Below, one piece after another: positions 46,901 through 54,722 of a DNA stretch of 64,000 nt. Every line of letters begins with the position of its first letter. Positions within the stretch are counted from its first letter, which is position 1. The translations under genes and the position numbers were made by a program. Origin of the DNA: an uncultured euryarchaeote (GTDB lineage: Archaea > Thermoplasmatota > Poseidoniia > Poseidoniales > Poseidoniaceae); assembly GCA_937915175.1 (NCBI GenBank), contig CALDNA010000023.1, positions 4,713 through 68,712 of the forward strand, in the 5' to 3' direction. The notes below the pieces were generated by a model. The model was not told the DNA's origin and ran no database searches. It saw only the letters and a program-made list of their open reading frames with translations.

Positions 46901-49900
46901 TCACACTGACAACAACGACTTGACGTACACCTATCAATTCCAAACAGGCAACGAAGTCACTCAATTCGGACACACAAACGTGCGGGAAACCTACCTGAGT
47001 GAAGCCGATTCTGACACCAACTATGGTGATTCCGAAATGATTGAAGTTGGAACCTACTTTGGGCAGAACAGTGGAAAGAAGGCCTACATGACCTTCGCCC
47101 TCGACAACAGTCAAGTTCCGCTTCCACTCCATGCGAGCATCCATTCTGCAAGCCTTGGGCTCTACCTCGATTCATGGATTGCAGTTGGTGGAGCAAATGG
47201 CATGACCTTTGACGTTCATCGAATCACGAACACGCAATGGAGTCAATCCGCATCCTCGTGGAACAACGCTTCCACAGGCAACGCATGGGGCGCAGCTGGA
47301 ATGCAAGCGGGCACCGATTATGATGCCACACCCGTCTCTAGTTTTGTTGAAACAGACCTCACCGATAACCGTTGGATTTGGTTCGACCTCAGCGCACAAG
47401 GCATGCTGATTGACAACGACAACGCATGGCTGATCATTGGAACACCAAACAGAGGCGACATGATGGGTAACTTCATCTCGAGCGAATCTGCTCAAACTCT
47501 TGCAGATTTCCGTCCGATCATTCTGTTGAATCACACCAACGTGACAACGCTTGACTTGACCCCAACATCACCAACGACAAACGCTGACACACCAATCAGT
47601 TTCGGTTCCGTATCCTATGACCATCTTTCGATGCCAATCAACACCCCAATCGTGTGGTCTGCATCGAATGGAACCATCTCATCGACAGGCGTGTTCACGC
47701 CCTATGCAACCGGACAACACACCGTCTCTGCTTGCTTTGGAATCATCTGTGCAACTGAAATTGTCACCGTAACGCCCGGAGCACCCACCACCTTGATTGC
47801 GAGCGGTTCCGCCGCTGAAATCACTGCGGATGGAAGCATGACCGTCACCGCCGTTGTGGTGGATCAATTCGGCAACATCGTTCCAAACCTGGCCATTACA
47901 TACACGCCGAGCAACGGAAGCATGGATCTTGCTCAACCAAACCTGTTCTTGCCTTATGCAGTTGGACTACAAACCATCGATGTTGCATGGAACGGTCAAA
48001 CCGTGAGCGTCGGCGTCTTGGTGACCACTGGTGTTGCTTCCTACTTCACGTTAGAAGGCTGCTCCGGCACGAACCCAGCCGGCGTTTGGTGCACAGTATC
48101 CCACACGTTGTACGACCAATTCCACAACGAAATCCAAGACGTGACCCAAGCAGGGTCGCTCACTTGGACGGTGGCTGATGGAAACTACAGCACTGAGAAT
48201 TCCGAGTACTTCCCAGACCATGTCGGAATGTGGATGCTCAACCTCACATCAACCAGTGGGGCAGTTGGCCAACTCGCAATCACCGTCGGTCACGGCGAGA
48301 TGGACCGTCTTGAACTCGATTTGTCCGAGACCGTCATCACCGCTGACGACCGCATTTACATCAACACAACTCGCATTGACGTGCGCGGAAACCGATTGCC
48401 AGTCTTCTTGCCAAGCCAAAACTGGACCAAGACTTCCGATGGTATCCTTACCGCAGGCGGCCCTGCCATTTGGGACCCTATCTCTCGCGGACAGAAAATT
48501 CTGGAAGCCAAGTATGAAGATCAATTCACTCAAGTGTCAGTCACCGTTGAACAAGGCGCGATTGTAACGCTGGTGTTGGTTGTTGAAAACGTCGACTCGG
48601 TTGGCAACACCTTCCAACTCACCGCCGATGATTCCATCGACGTTAAAGTCAAAGCAACCGACCAAAAGGGCAACCGTTGGTCTGTGAGTGCAAATTGGAC
48701 GCTCAGCCATGCCTCTTGGACCGACCAAGCCATTCTCGAAGGTGCGGAAATCGCTAACGACGAAGTGACCTTCCAACCGTATTTGTCTTCGGCTAACGCT
48801 TACACAATCACCGCCATCTATGACGACAGCGTCACGGTTCACGAAGTGAGCCTCTTCGTCGAAGTTGCGCAAGGCGACCTCATCTCAACCACCATCACCG
48901 CACTTGGTGCAGATGGAACCACAGGTGAGGCATTCGACATCACCTCAGATGAATACATTGACTTTGCAGCGGCACTCGAAGACCAAGACACCAACGAAAT
49001 CGATGCAAGTACGTTGACTTGGGTCTTGATTGACGGCACCTCTGGTGACGTGGTTGACATCACTGCACAACTTGTCGCCGACAACATGCGCTGGCAAGCA
49101 ACTGAGGTTGGAAATTACACCATCGCAGGTTACGCAGTCAGCAACGCAGGATACAACATCAGCGACTCAGTCTCGATCACTGTGTTGCACGGTGTGGCCG
49201 TCAGCGTGGTTTCAGAAGTTGACACCTTTGCTCAAGATGCCGGTAAGGAAATCACGATTCAAATCACCGGAACCGACGCAGATGGAAACACCTTCCCGCA
49301 AACAGTCGAATGGTCAGAAAACAGCACCTCTGTCAGCGACATGACCGCTGGAACAACCGAGGGTGCTTACGCTTACTTCGCACGAACCGCTGGAACACAC
49401 ACACTCGAGTTCACTTCAGGCCAAGCCTCGAGTGTGCTCGAACTCTCGGTTGCAGCACAACGAACAGTGAGTTCGATTACCGTTGAATTATCAACCGATA
49501 CAACCGACCAACTTGGCTCGTTCACTGTAACCGTGCTTGCATTCGACGCTTATGACAATCCGATTGAAGTCCCGTCCAGCACAAACGTGGACTCGTCAGG
49601 TCGAGCGGAAATTCTCGCACAAGGCCAAGGCGTGTGGAAGGTTGTCACCCTTGACAGCGGCCCACAAACGATCACGGTCACTTCTGGAAAGGTTTCAGAA
49701 TCCCTCGAATATGAGGTCCTCGGCAACGTCGGCGGCTTCTTCAAGGCAGGTGGTCCGTTGTATTACGTCGGCGCTGGATTGGCTGGAATCATCGTGTTTG
49801 TCATCCTTGGATTGTTGGTTGTTGCCCTCCGTGGAGGCGGCGAAGACTACGATGATGAGTTCGATTATGAGGATGAAGGCGATGAGCCCCAACGCTCCGC

Positions 49901-50108
49901 TGCAGGCCCATCAGGCCCAGCACCGGGACCAAGCGGCCCAGCACCAGGCCCGAGCGGCCCAGCTCCAACACCGGAGCCTGAGGAAGACACGTCTTGGATT
50001 CAAGAACACCGAGTTGATGACGACGGCACTGAATGGGCCGAGTCTGAAGATGGCACGTGGTTCTACCGCCAGCCAGATGAGAGCGAATGGTCTGAATGGA
50101 CCGATTGA
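40956..50108 (+). CDS. Giant surface protein: 7 DNRLRE (CBM96-like) domains alternating with Ig/FN3 spacers, an 8-repeat Ig-like stalk, a TM and an acidic/Pro/Trp-rich tail, ~3050 aa
   Basis: Repeats DT(Y/F)(V/I)...A.L.L...TW...W...GG/GA...(W/F)(N/D)VT...RP.L start at about 41133, 42078, 43071, 44061, 45063, 46062 and 46980. Stalk runs 47541-49724. TM YYVGAGLAGIIVFVILGLLVVAL followed by RGGG. Start may be 40956, 40965 or 40974. Confidence 0.85.
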   Translation: MSGMSPMPSATETRRTPTVILLVMMFLLADLLVPQAVPEWQQLEDQSVVFSVTTTDTATYDTVISDTTPNDVGNQTESGSFGLSEFGQESRLLFSFPMNITSASSIQSATLTLECGTDSISATQINAYTASVIAWNDSEATWMQSDANTPWDEQGADGNSDRGAWEPPFRASANGTFNLNVTAHAQQAALNNESELNLLVAGNGALYTCEMSESQALNDRPELTMVSSTTPAGNGGSMASTFAEHGEPLMTGDFLLTADRAPLITYDSLAGQAVEYQFSTEANFKSALDLEWHYSSLWNTFTTTATSGSYQMPSGEQFDNGSEVHYRYRSMDASGTLGAWTSETFLLPAHDVVDNGDNTATITLDVDSLGLPYDFIEDTYVNQLSRNTKYGTTASMAAILTSNKESMIHFRMDLGLVGMHDNVTITEADVVLHRSASSGSTMLSMHGMDSNVWVENQATWNRGSDGNNWDDGGRSYSSTATATGIYGDQTASRFQFGFTNSLQSWLQSPTNDAADYIILARGEYGPYSTAGTISTTFHTSEASTETLQPSVEITYAWGTGATLPAMTQTAPTQGEAVWNQTGHNFTANTTPSLGWDGSVASSYDIAFQMATDEQFRDRVWDLDNMEATTTVAASAGQFNMTGTDALDAGNMYFWRMAFVDSDGRLGDWATSNFLVSSTESTWLGGDRYEFRMSHGNGTDDGLYPACMDTFIDSGTPTQNYDDESKLLVSYNPYPSEAMALMSCDLKSNLLPAGYAVESANLEFTLGSSPYNAPTVAVWENTQDNWSAEGATWSTYDGTNNWGMAGAKGSERGSLLDSVALTTNYASGDSVEWNVTLGVQNAMRENRSVNFFVGVLGVGTGQSREVQLFPGSGAVTTRPELTFVYVPGSNAVPSNPSPTSPLNGSWAIGTGVDLTPLDQPTLAWNFNSNLSVGGWAVQLDTTSTFDSSNLQVSTSWNDDGFDFTNNTYTPETALDKGVTWHWRVRAISATNQIGNWSNSYHFLLPDLTTWQTCADGSCAAVELHHREAMPLLNLPNFEDTYVYEAGSGSTDAHDDDTEMKVGAIGYNRQAVSLIRIPLNAVPQPANARVTDAALNLYSEFGSSTGEPLAIRPVLQSWSGDANDTTYDGVNNWSAVGGRDIGVDAGEYVDLQTSVSADWMTWDVTEAAQAALDAGASSLSLMVYASNDITAWSGGANVITFTTSEGTSSNRPWLNLTWTNGTVAVPSTAGTNVGPVNASIQWNATSHAVLPNYAPVLSWSLPTSTTAPAAWRVIIFEDADDDMAGRTVYDSRNTPSAFDLTNLTFTPPTDIEDIQTVRWTVQPIDSGMIGPQSSSTLFYIPSVVSGEVDSTHAWIDLQDGSIIESLNYPSLMADTAIDGGNTQSNNGAGGYLYVGQSPSSSTLRSSTLISVDFSTLPLPATFEIHNATLDLSAVSGNGEVYVTVSQMITSWDESSTWAHPGNNNTSWVGVGAYHSADSQVPETDGFWMNASSEYTLNVTSLLQHAILRGASSLDIILQAEEVDGTVDGVYYIASSENSVQDDRPTLSFTYETTNPWSPSTPTGLVPADGATLWNMSATRPSGADEVNVNWSSLDANHTQWVMCGSLGARMIEATCFDSTTVTTSDEFNLTWDAQNLSLMGTDVEKGDEWHFWRIRGDQDHRIGSWSSINKFRIPENQGYDDGDGNQSLALYRGSIFTDTGLLPSVPDAEISSTVSSNMGSSQTLNLGTSGSGSGQSSILMEFDLSSMPWPTAMTPTSMLLSMYRYNVVGTSATTISAHACSSFVETSVTWNNTATCSTSEITRSTLTLNPSSGWIEWDLTSLAQSNVVNGNMTMTVMLEVVGTPYTNHQFYSSDYINESLRPRIVLEYIDNVDGIQPPTQPSLTYPTDGKVLYNTSGPLLTPDASPILSWAPSIGATGYIVTIANQSGVYKFRSWEGTSITNSTFRFPTSLDTGEVFQWWVQGVNQSIPGPSSSRWSFAIGDPTHTDNNDLTYTYQFQTGNEVTQFGHTNVRETYLSEADSDTNYGDSEMIEVGTYFGQNSGKKAYMTFALDNSQVPLPLHASIHSASLGLYLDSWIAVGGANGMTFDVHRITNTQWSQSASSWNNASTGNAWGAAGMQAGTDYDATPVSSFVETDLTDNRWIWFDLSAQGMLIDNDNAWLIIGTPNRGDMMGNFISSESAQTLADFRPIILLNHTNVTTLDLTPTSPTTNADTPISFGSVSYDHLSMPINTPIVWSASNGTISSTGVFTPYATGQHTVSACFGIICATEIVTVTPGAPTTLIASGSAAEITADGSMTVTAVVVDQFGNIVPNLAITYTPSNGSMDLAQPNLFLPYAVGLQTIDVAWNGQTVSVGVLVTTGVASYFTLEGCSGTNPAGVWCTVSHTLYDQFHNEIQDVTQAGSLTWTVADGNYSTENSEYFPDHVGMWMLNLTSTSGAVGQLAITVGHGEMDRLELDLSETVITADDRIYINTTRIDVRGNRLPVFLPSQNWTKTSDGILTAGGPAIWDPISRGQKILEAKYEDQFTQVSVTVEQGAIVTLVLVVENVDSVGNTFQLTADDSIDVKVKATDQKGNRWSVSANWTLSHASWTDQAILEGAEIANDEVTFQPYLSSANAYTITAIYDDSVTVHEVSLFVEVAQGDLISTTITALGADGTTGEAFDITSDEYIDFAAALEDQDTNEIDASTLTWVLIDGTSGDVVDITAQLVADNMRWQATEVGNYTIAGYAVSNAGYNISDSVSITVLHGVAVSVVSEVDTFAQDAGKEITIQITGTDADGNTFPQTVEWSENSTSVSDMTAGTTEGAYAYFARTAGTHTLEFTSGQASSVLELSVAAQRTVSSITVELSTDTTDQLGSFTVTVLAFDAYDNPIEVPSSTNVDSSGRAEILAQGQGVWKVVTLDSGPQTITVTSGKVSESLEYEVLGNVGGFFKAGGPLYYVGAGLAGIIVFVILGLLVVALRGGGEDYDDEFDYEDEGDEPQRSAAGPSGPAPGPSGPAPGPSGPAPTPEPEEDTSWIQEHRVDDDGTEWAESEDGTWFYRQPDESEWSEWTD
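49905..49967 (+). repeat. 3 x 21-nt coding tandem repeat (GPSGPAP)
   Basis: GGCCCATCAGGCCCAGCACCG / GGACCAAGCGGCCCAGCACCA / GGCCCGAGCGGCCCAGCTCCA. Confidence 0.9.
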
Positions 50109-50147
50109 AGGGCATCTTTGATACAGGTTGAAGTGAAAGGGAGCGTC

Positions 50148-52787
50148 ATGCAGATGATAAAAAACAGGTTAGGAAAAAACCTCGTGTGTTTGATCCTTGT
50201 CGCCCTTTTTTGCGCCCAATCCTACCAACCACTTGCACCTGAACCCATGCTTGAATCGCCTCAAGATGTGGCGCATGCCGGCCCCGCTGCCCGCATTGCG
50301 ATCACCTCACCGGTCTACGCAATGACCGCTGATGAAGTGACCACATTCGAGGCTACATTGTACGATGCTGTCAACAGCATAGCCACTGGTCAAGTCAACT
50401 GGTCCAGTTCAAACGGCACCATCACCGAAGACGGCACGTTCTATCCATGGCAGGCTGGCTTAGTGAGCATTGAAGCGAGCAGTGGTGCACTCATGGATGT
50501 GTTTAACATCACCGTTAGCGCTGGTGTTGGACAAACTCTTGACATCACCACCTCAACCGCCCATGCTCTTGTGAGCACAACCCTCCAAGCCAACCTTCTC
50601 GATGCGAGGGGCAATTCAAAACCCGCAGAAAATGTGGTATGGACAATTGAGGGCGAGTATGTGGGCATCGGTACGCCACAATGGATCCCAACCGAACTTG
50701 GCGACGTGCAGATCAGAGCCCGCCTCAACCAAATGGAAGACAACGCAGTCGTCGAAGTTGTTGCCGGGGCACCTTACGCCTTCCTTTTCGAAGAAAATCT
50801 GCAAATTCGGAGCGGGGAATCAACCTACCTTCAAGTTCGATTGTTTGACCATAACGGTTACGAAATGAACAACACCGAGGCTGGTTACAAAACATGGACG
50901 GCTGAAAACGGCACCATGAGTCCAGTAGGGCGATACACTGCGACCTATCCTGGTGTGTGGAATTTGACGGTGGCAGCTGGCAATGCAACGGGTGTGGCTA
51001 CGATCCGAGTGGTACCCGCTGATGCATCGCTGTCTCAACTTACGGTGGTTCCCGAACTCGATGTCTATGTCGCAGGCCAAGCCTACGAACTTGTGACCAT
51101 GCGAACCGATTCAAACGGATACACCGGGGCATTCACGCCTCCATTGGCCAATTTCTCAACCACCAGTGGAGGCTTGGCTTTGGTAGACGGGCGAGTGCAT
51201 TGGACCCCTGGTGCAATGGGCCACCATCATTTGAACGTCATTGACGAGGGTGTCGCATCCTCGCTTGAAGTGACGGTGACCCATGGTGACGCTATCGATA
51301 CATCACTCAGCCTTGAGCCTGCGACGCTCCGTGCTGGTCTGCAAAACGTTCTCTCGTTCTATGCCATCGATGACGCAGGCAACCAGTGGCTTGTCAATGG
51401 GACGATGTCGCTGATCAGTGGCAATGCAAGTCATTTCACTCCTGATGAAGGCTATGCAACGCTTTCGCCTCTGGCGCTTGGTATTTGGCGCGTCGAGGCA
51501 TCATGGTACGACGCAACGTCCAACATCCGCTTTGAGAGTGCCTTCCAGCAGGAAGCACAAACTGGGCCATTAGCCTTCATCGAACTGAACGGTGCCAATC
51601 AAATTCTTGCTTCAGACACCTCCCTTGATTTGAGCCCGACCTTCTACGACGGATTCGGTAACGAATTGCCGCCCATTGGATTGAACTGGACGGTGGACGG
51701 CGAAGATGCGACCGTTGAATTGATGCTCGGTAACATGCACTGGACCCCCACCACAGTAGGCGGCCATGAAATTCGTGCGAATGCAGACGGCATCTTTGCC
51801 ACCATTCGCTTGACTGTTGTAGCGGGGGAAGCTCGAAACTTGGTCACCGACTATGAAAGCGGACTCACCGTCAGTGCAGGAATTCCCACAGAAGTGTTCG
51901 TGCAAGTGATTGACGCTCACGGAAACATGGCGCCTGCAACGAACGTCAGTCTCTTGCTTGACGAAGAAATTGGTGTGCTCGAAGCTTCACCATCTGGAAA
52001 CGGATACTGGGATTTTACCGGCCGTATCTCGGGCACATATAGCCTTGAACTCAGTCAAGCAAACGCCACACATTCGATCGACTTGCTGGTCCAGCCCGGT
52101 CAAGCAGTTCGTGTTCTCGCCGAACTTGACGGATTCGACATCGCCCAAGGCGACACCGTCCTTTTGCAACTCCAAGGCGTCGATGAATACGACAACATTG
52201 TGATCGTCGAACCTGAAAACACAACCGTATCCTGCACGGCTGGAAAGGCAAGTTACGTGACCTCAGATACTTGGGAACTTAAAGTCAACAGAGCAGGCGA
52301 CGATCGTTCTTGCACCGTCATATGGGACGACTTGATCACTCAACGATTTTTTGATGTCGAATCCGTTCTTCTTGGTGGCGCAGTTGGCTCCACCAACACC
52401 GCCATGACGCTTGCTTCGTTTTTGCTCGGGCTGATTTTAATCACCTTGGTTGTCCTTGTGCGTCGGGTCAACAGCGCGGAAGATGATGAATGGGTCGAAG
52501 ACGCATTCGAAGACGAAGACGCATTCGAAAACGAAGACGGAATAAATTCAGAAGCCGAAAATGAAGATACAACCGATTCCCAAAGCACCGACGAGGAGGT
52601 TCCACACACAGAGGGGCAATTGTCTGATGACCTCAAAGCCTCACTTGCCAAGAAGGCTGGAGAAGTTGGCGTTATGCAAGCAGCCCCAGGCACAGAACAA
52701 GGCCAATCTGGCTGGTACGTCGATGTAAGCAGCGAAGTCCAATATTGGAACGTCGGTGAAGACGGTTCGTGGTCCCGGGTGGATTGA
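50148..52787 (+). CDS. Membrane-anchored protein with eight Ig-like stalk repeats and an acidic/Trp-rich tail, ~879 aa; paralogous to the stalk of the upstream giant protein
   Basis: Signal peptide; repeats containing D..GN and ending V..G; WSSSNGTITEDGTFYP matches WSASNGTISSTGVFTP upstream; TM + RR. Start moved to ATG 50148. Confidence 0.82.
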   Translation: MQMIKNRLGKNLVCLILVALFCAQSYQPLAPEPMLESPQDVAHAGPAARIAITSPVYAMTADEVTTFEATLYDAVNSIATGQVNWSSSNGTITEDGTFYPWQAGLVSIEASSGALMDVFNITVSAGVGQTLDITTSTAHALVSTTLQANLLDARGNSKPAENVVWTIEGEYVGIGTPQWIPTELGDVQIRARLNQMEDNAVVEVVAGAPYAFLFEENLQIRSGESTYLQVRLFDHNGYEMNNTEAGYKTWTAENGTMSPVGRYTATYPGVWNLTVAAGNATGVATIRVVPADASLSQLTVVPELDVYVAGQAYELVTMRTDSNGYTGAFTPPLANFSTTSGGLALVDGRVHWTPGAMGHHHLNVIDEGVASSLEVTVTHGDAIDTSLSLEPATLRAGLQNVLSFYAIDDAGNQWLVNGTMSLISGNASHFTPDEGYATLSPLALGIWRVEASWYDATSNIRFESAFQQEAQTGPLAFIELNGANQILASDTSLDLSPTFYDGFGNELPPIGLNWTVDGEDATVELMLGNMHWTPTTVGGHEIRANADGIFATIRLTVVAGEARNLVTDYESGLTVSAGIPTEVFVQVIDAHGNMAPATNVSLLLDEEIGVLEASPSGNGYWDFTGRISGTYSLELSQANATHSIDLLVQPGQAVRVLAELDGFDIAQGDTVLLQLQGVDEYDNIVIVEPENTTVSCTAGKASYVTSDTWELKVNRAGDDRSCTVIWDDLITQRFFDVESVLLGGAVGSTNTAMTLASFLLGLILITLVVLVRRVNSAEDDEWVEDAFEDEDAFENEDGINSEAENEDTTDSQSTDEEVPHTEGQLSDDLKASLAKKAGEVGVMQAAPGTEQGQSGWYVDVSSEVQYWNVGEDGSWSRVD

Positions 52788-52930
52788 TGACACTCTGGGA
52801 GCCTTCCGAAGAGGATTCGGGTCTTGTGTACCTGATCGGTGCAAGCGTCTGTTGGTCAAGCCCACTTTGGTATGAATTGTTTAGCACCGCCGTCATCGAA
52901 CCGTTGCTCTTTCAATGGTCGTTGTTCGGC

Positions 52931-54613
52931 CTATTCCTCTTGTGAACTTGGTAATTCAATAATGCCTTCAATGGTCTGCATGAACTCATCGATGTCAATC
53001 ACACCATTTTCATCAGCGTCTGATTTGTGGAACACTTCCCTAAATTCATCGTTCGTGAACTCAACACCAAGGGCTTTGAGAGCGTTGATGAATTCAGGCA
53101 ATGTGAGGTGGTTCTTCTTGCCAAAGTCTGCAGCTAAGAAGGCCGCATGACGGAGGTCATGCTGAGCTTTTGTAGGGTTTGAGAATTTCTCTCTTAGGCT
53201 TTGAAACGGCGTGGTACGAACTTGACTATGCTTTTTTCCGTAACCGAGGTACGTGATGGTTCCAACGCTTACAGCAGTCCCTGCCCCGATGAATGCCTTG
53301 CTCCCCATGAGATAGATCAGAATGGCACCAGCCACGATACCCCACAATTGAATCCACGGGTAAAAGTGTGATTTGTACTCGGGCTTGTACCACGTTTGTG
53401 CACCAGGTGAGCGTCGGAGGATGATGACACACGAATTGATCAGCATGAAAATCATAATTTTGAATCCAGACGCAAGCTTTGCTACATCCTTGACGGGGAG
53501 GTACATAATGGCTAAGAGCATCATTACCCCTGTCACTATGATCGGCCAGTGTGGAGTTTCATACTTGGCATTCACCGTTTCTAAGGATTGAGGAAGCAGG
53601 TTGTCACGTGCCATTGCAAACAAGAACCTTGATGCTGCAAGAATGCCAGCGAGGGCCATTGAAATCATCGTCAAGACTGCCAAAGCAGCGGCCAGTACGC
53701 CAATTTTCGAGCCGGCAACAGCTTTGACAAATTGGTACACAGGGTCCTCGATCGGTGTCCCGTCTTTTATGTACCACATGTCAGGCAGGGCTGCCATCAT
53801 CACGAAGGTCATAACGCAGTAGAGGAAGGTTGCAATGCCCAAAGAGAGCATGATTCCCATTGGCAGGTTGCGCCCGGGTTCTTTCACTTCGCCACCAATC
53901 GCTGCAACCTTTGTCACGCCTGCATAGGCTACAAAGACAAATGCAGCGGTCTCGGCAATCGTTGCTGGTGATTGGTCAAACGCACCGTTTCCGCCGTTAA
54001 TCGGACGGGAGAAGTCCGTGCTGCCATCAAACAAGGCCATGATGCAAATGATTGCCAGAAGGGCCATAGTGACGCCGAGAATTGGAGTTTGAATCGCCTT
54101 TACCTTCTTGACGCCAAGAATATTGACAGCGGTGATAAGAACGAGTGCGGAAACTGAAACCATCGTGATTTCTCGCTCCCCAAGTGTGAACTCAAAATAA
54201 GTTGTCAAAGCCAGCATGTAGGCAGAGAATCCGATTAAGGCAAACGAGGCCTTGAGCAAAAATGATGCCCATAATCCAAGGCCGCTGATCGTTCCAAACA
54301 ACGGTCCATAGGTTCGTTCAAGGTAGACATAGGAACCGCCGCTAGAGGGCATGGCCGAGGCAAGTTCTGATTTGGAAAGGGCGCCGGGGAGCACAACTGT
54401 AGCAGCGAGTAAGAACGCCAACCAAATACCAGGACCCATCATTTCTGCGGCAAACGCAGGCATCACAAAAAGACCCGAGCCCAGCATCGAAGAAAGGGAG
54501 ATGATCACGATTCCCGAAAGACCGATGGTTCGTTCGATGGTTTGAGTGACATCATCGATGACGCCCTTAACATCCCCTTGGAGAAGTTTGCCTGCCGTAC
54601 TTTTCAAATCCAT
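52931..54613 (-). CDS. APC-family amino acid permease with a C-terminal EF-hand pair, ~560 aa
   Basis: SMLGSGLF, ELASAMPSSGGSYVY, FVAYAG, GEVKEPGRNLP, SRFLFAMARD; loops DFGKKNHLTLPEF and DADENGVIDIDEF. Confidence 0.9.
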   Translation of the reverse strand: MDLKSTAGKLLQGDVKGVIDDVTQTIERTIGLSGIVIISLSSMLGSGLFVMPAFAAEMMGPGIWLAFLLAATVVLPGALSKSELASAMPSSGGSYVYLERTYGPLFGTISGLGLWASFLLKASFALIGFSAYMLALTTYFEFTLGEREITMVSVSALVLITAVNILGVKKVKAIQTPILGVTMALLAIICIMALFDGSTDFSRPINGGNGAFDQSPATIAETAAFVFVAYAGVTKVAAIGGEVKEPGRNLPMGIMLSLGIATFLYCVMTFVMMAALPDMWYIKDGTPIEDPVYQFVKAVAGSKIGVLAAALAVLTMISMALAGILAASRFLFAMARDNLLPQSLETVNAKYETPHWPIIVTGVMMLLAIMYLPVKDVAKLASGFKIMIFMLINSCVIILRRSPGAQTWYKPEYKSHFYPWIQLWGIVAGAILIYLMGSKAFIGAGTAVSVGTITYLGYGKKHSQVRTTPFQSLREKFSNPTKAQHDLRHAAFLAADFGKKNHLTLPEFINALKALGVEFTNDEFREVFHKSDADENGVIDIDEFMQTIEGIIELPSSQEE

Positions 54614-54722
54614 TGTCAAACCCCGAAAAAGTACTGGTATTACACCAATAATCTATGGTAAACCACCAAATCATATAGGCTTGTGGAACAGTTCCCTTAG
54701 TGAGGCCCCGAAAAACGGAAAC

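Noticed and set aside
49905-49967. Short direct repeats as a CRISPR array or collagen
   Set aside because: In-frame 21-nt coding repeat with synonymous variation and no spacers; the 7-residue period is not Gly-X-Y.
52788-52930. Weak hairpins between the convergent stalk-protein and permease genes
   Set aside because: Stems are only 5-7 bp with mismatches; at most an ordinary bidirectional terminator.
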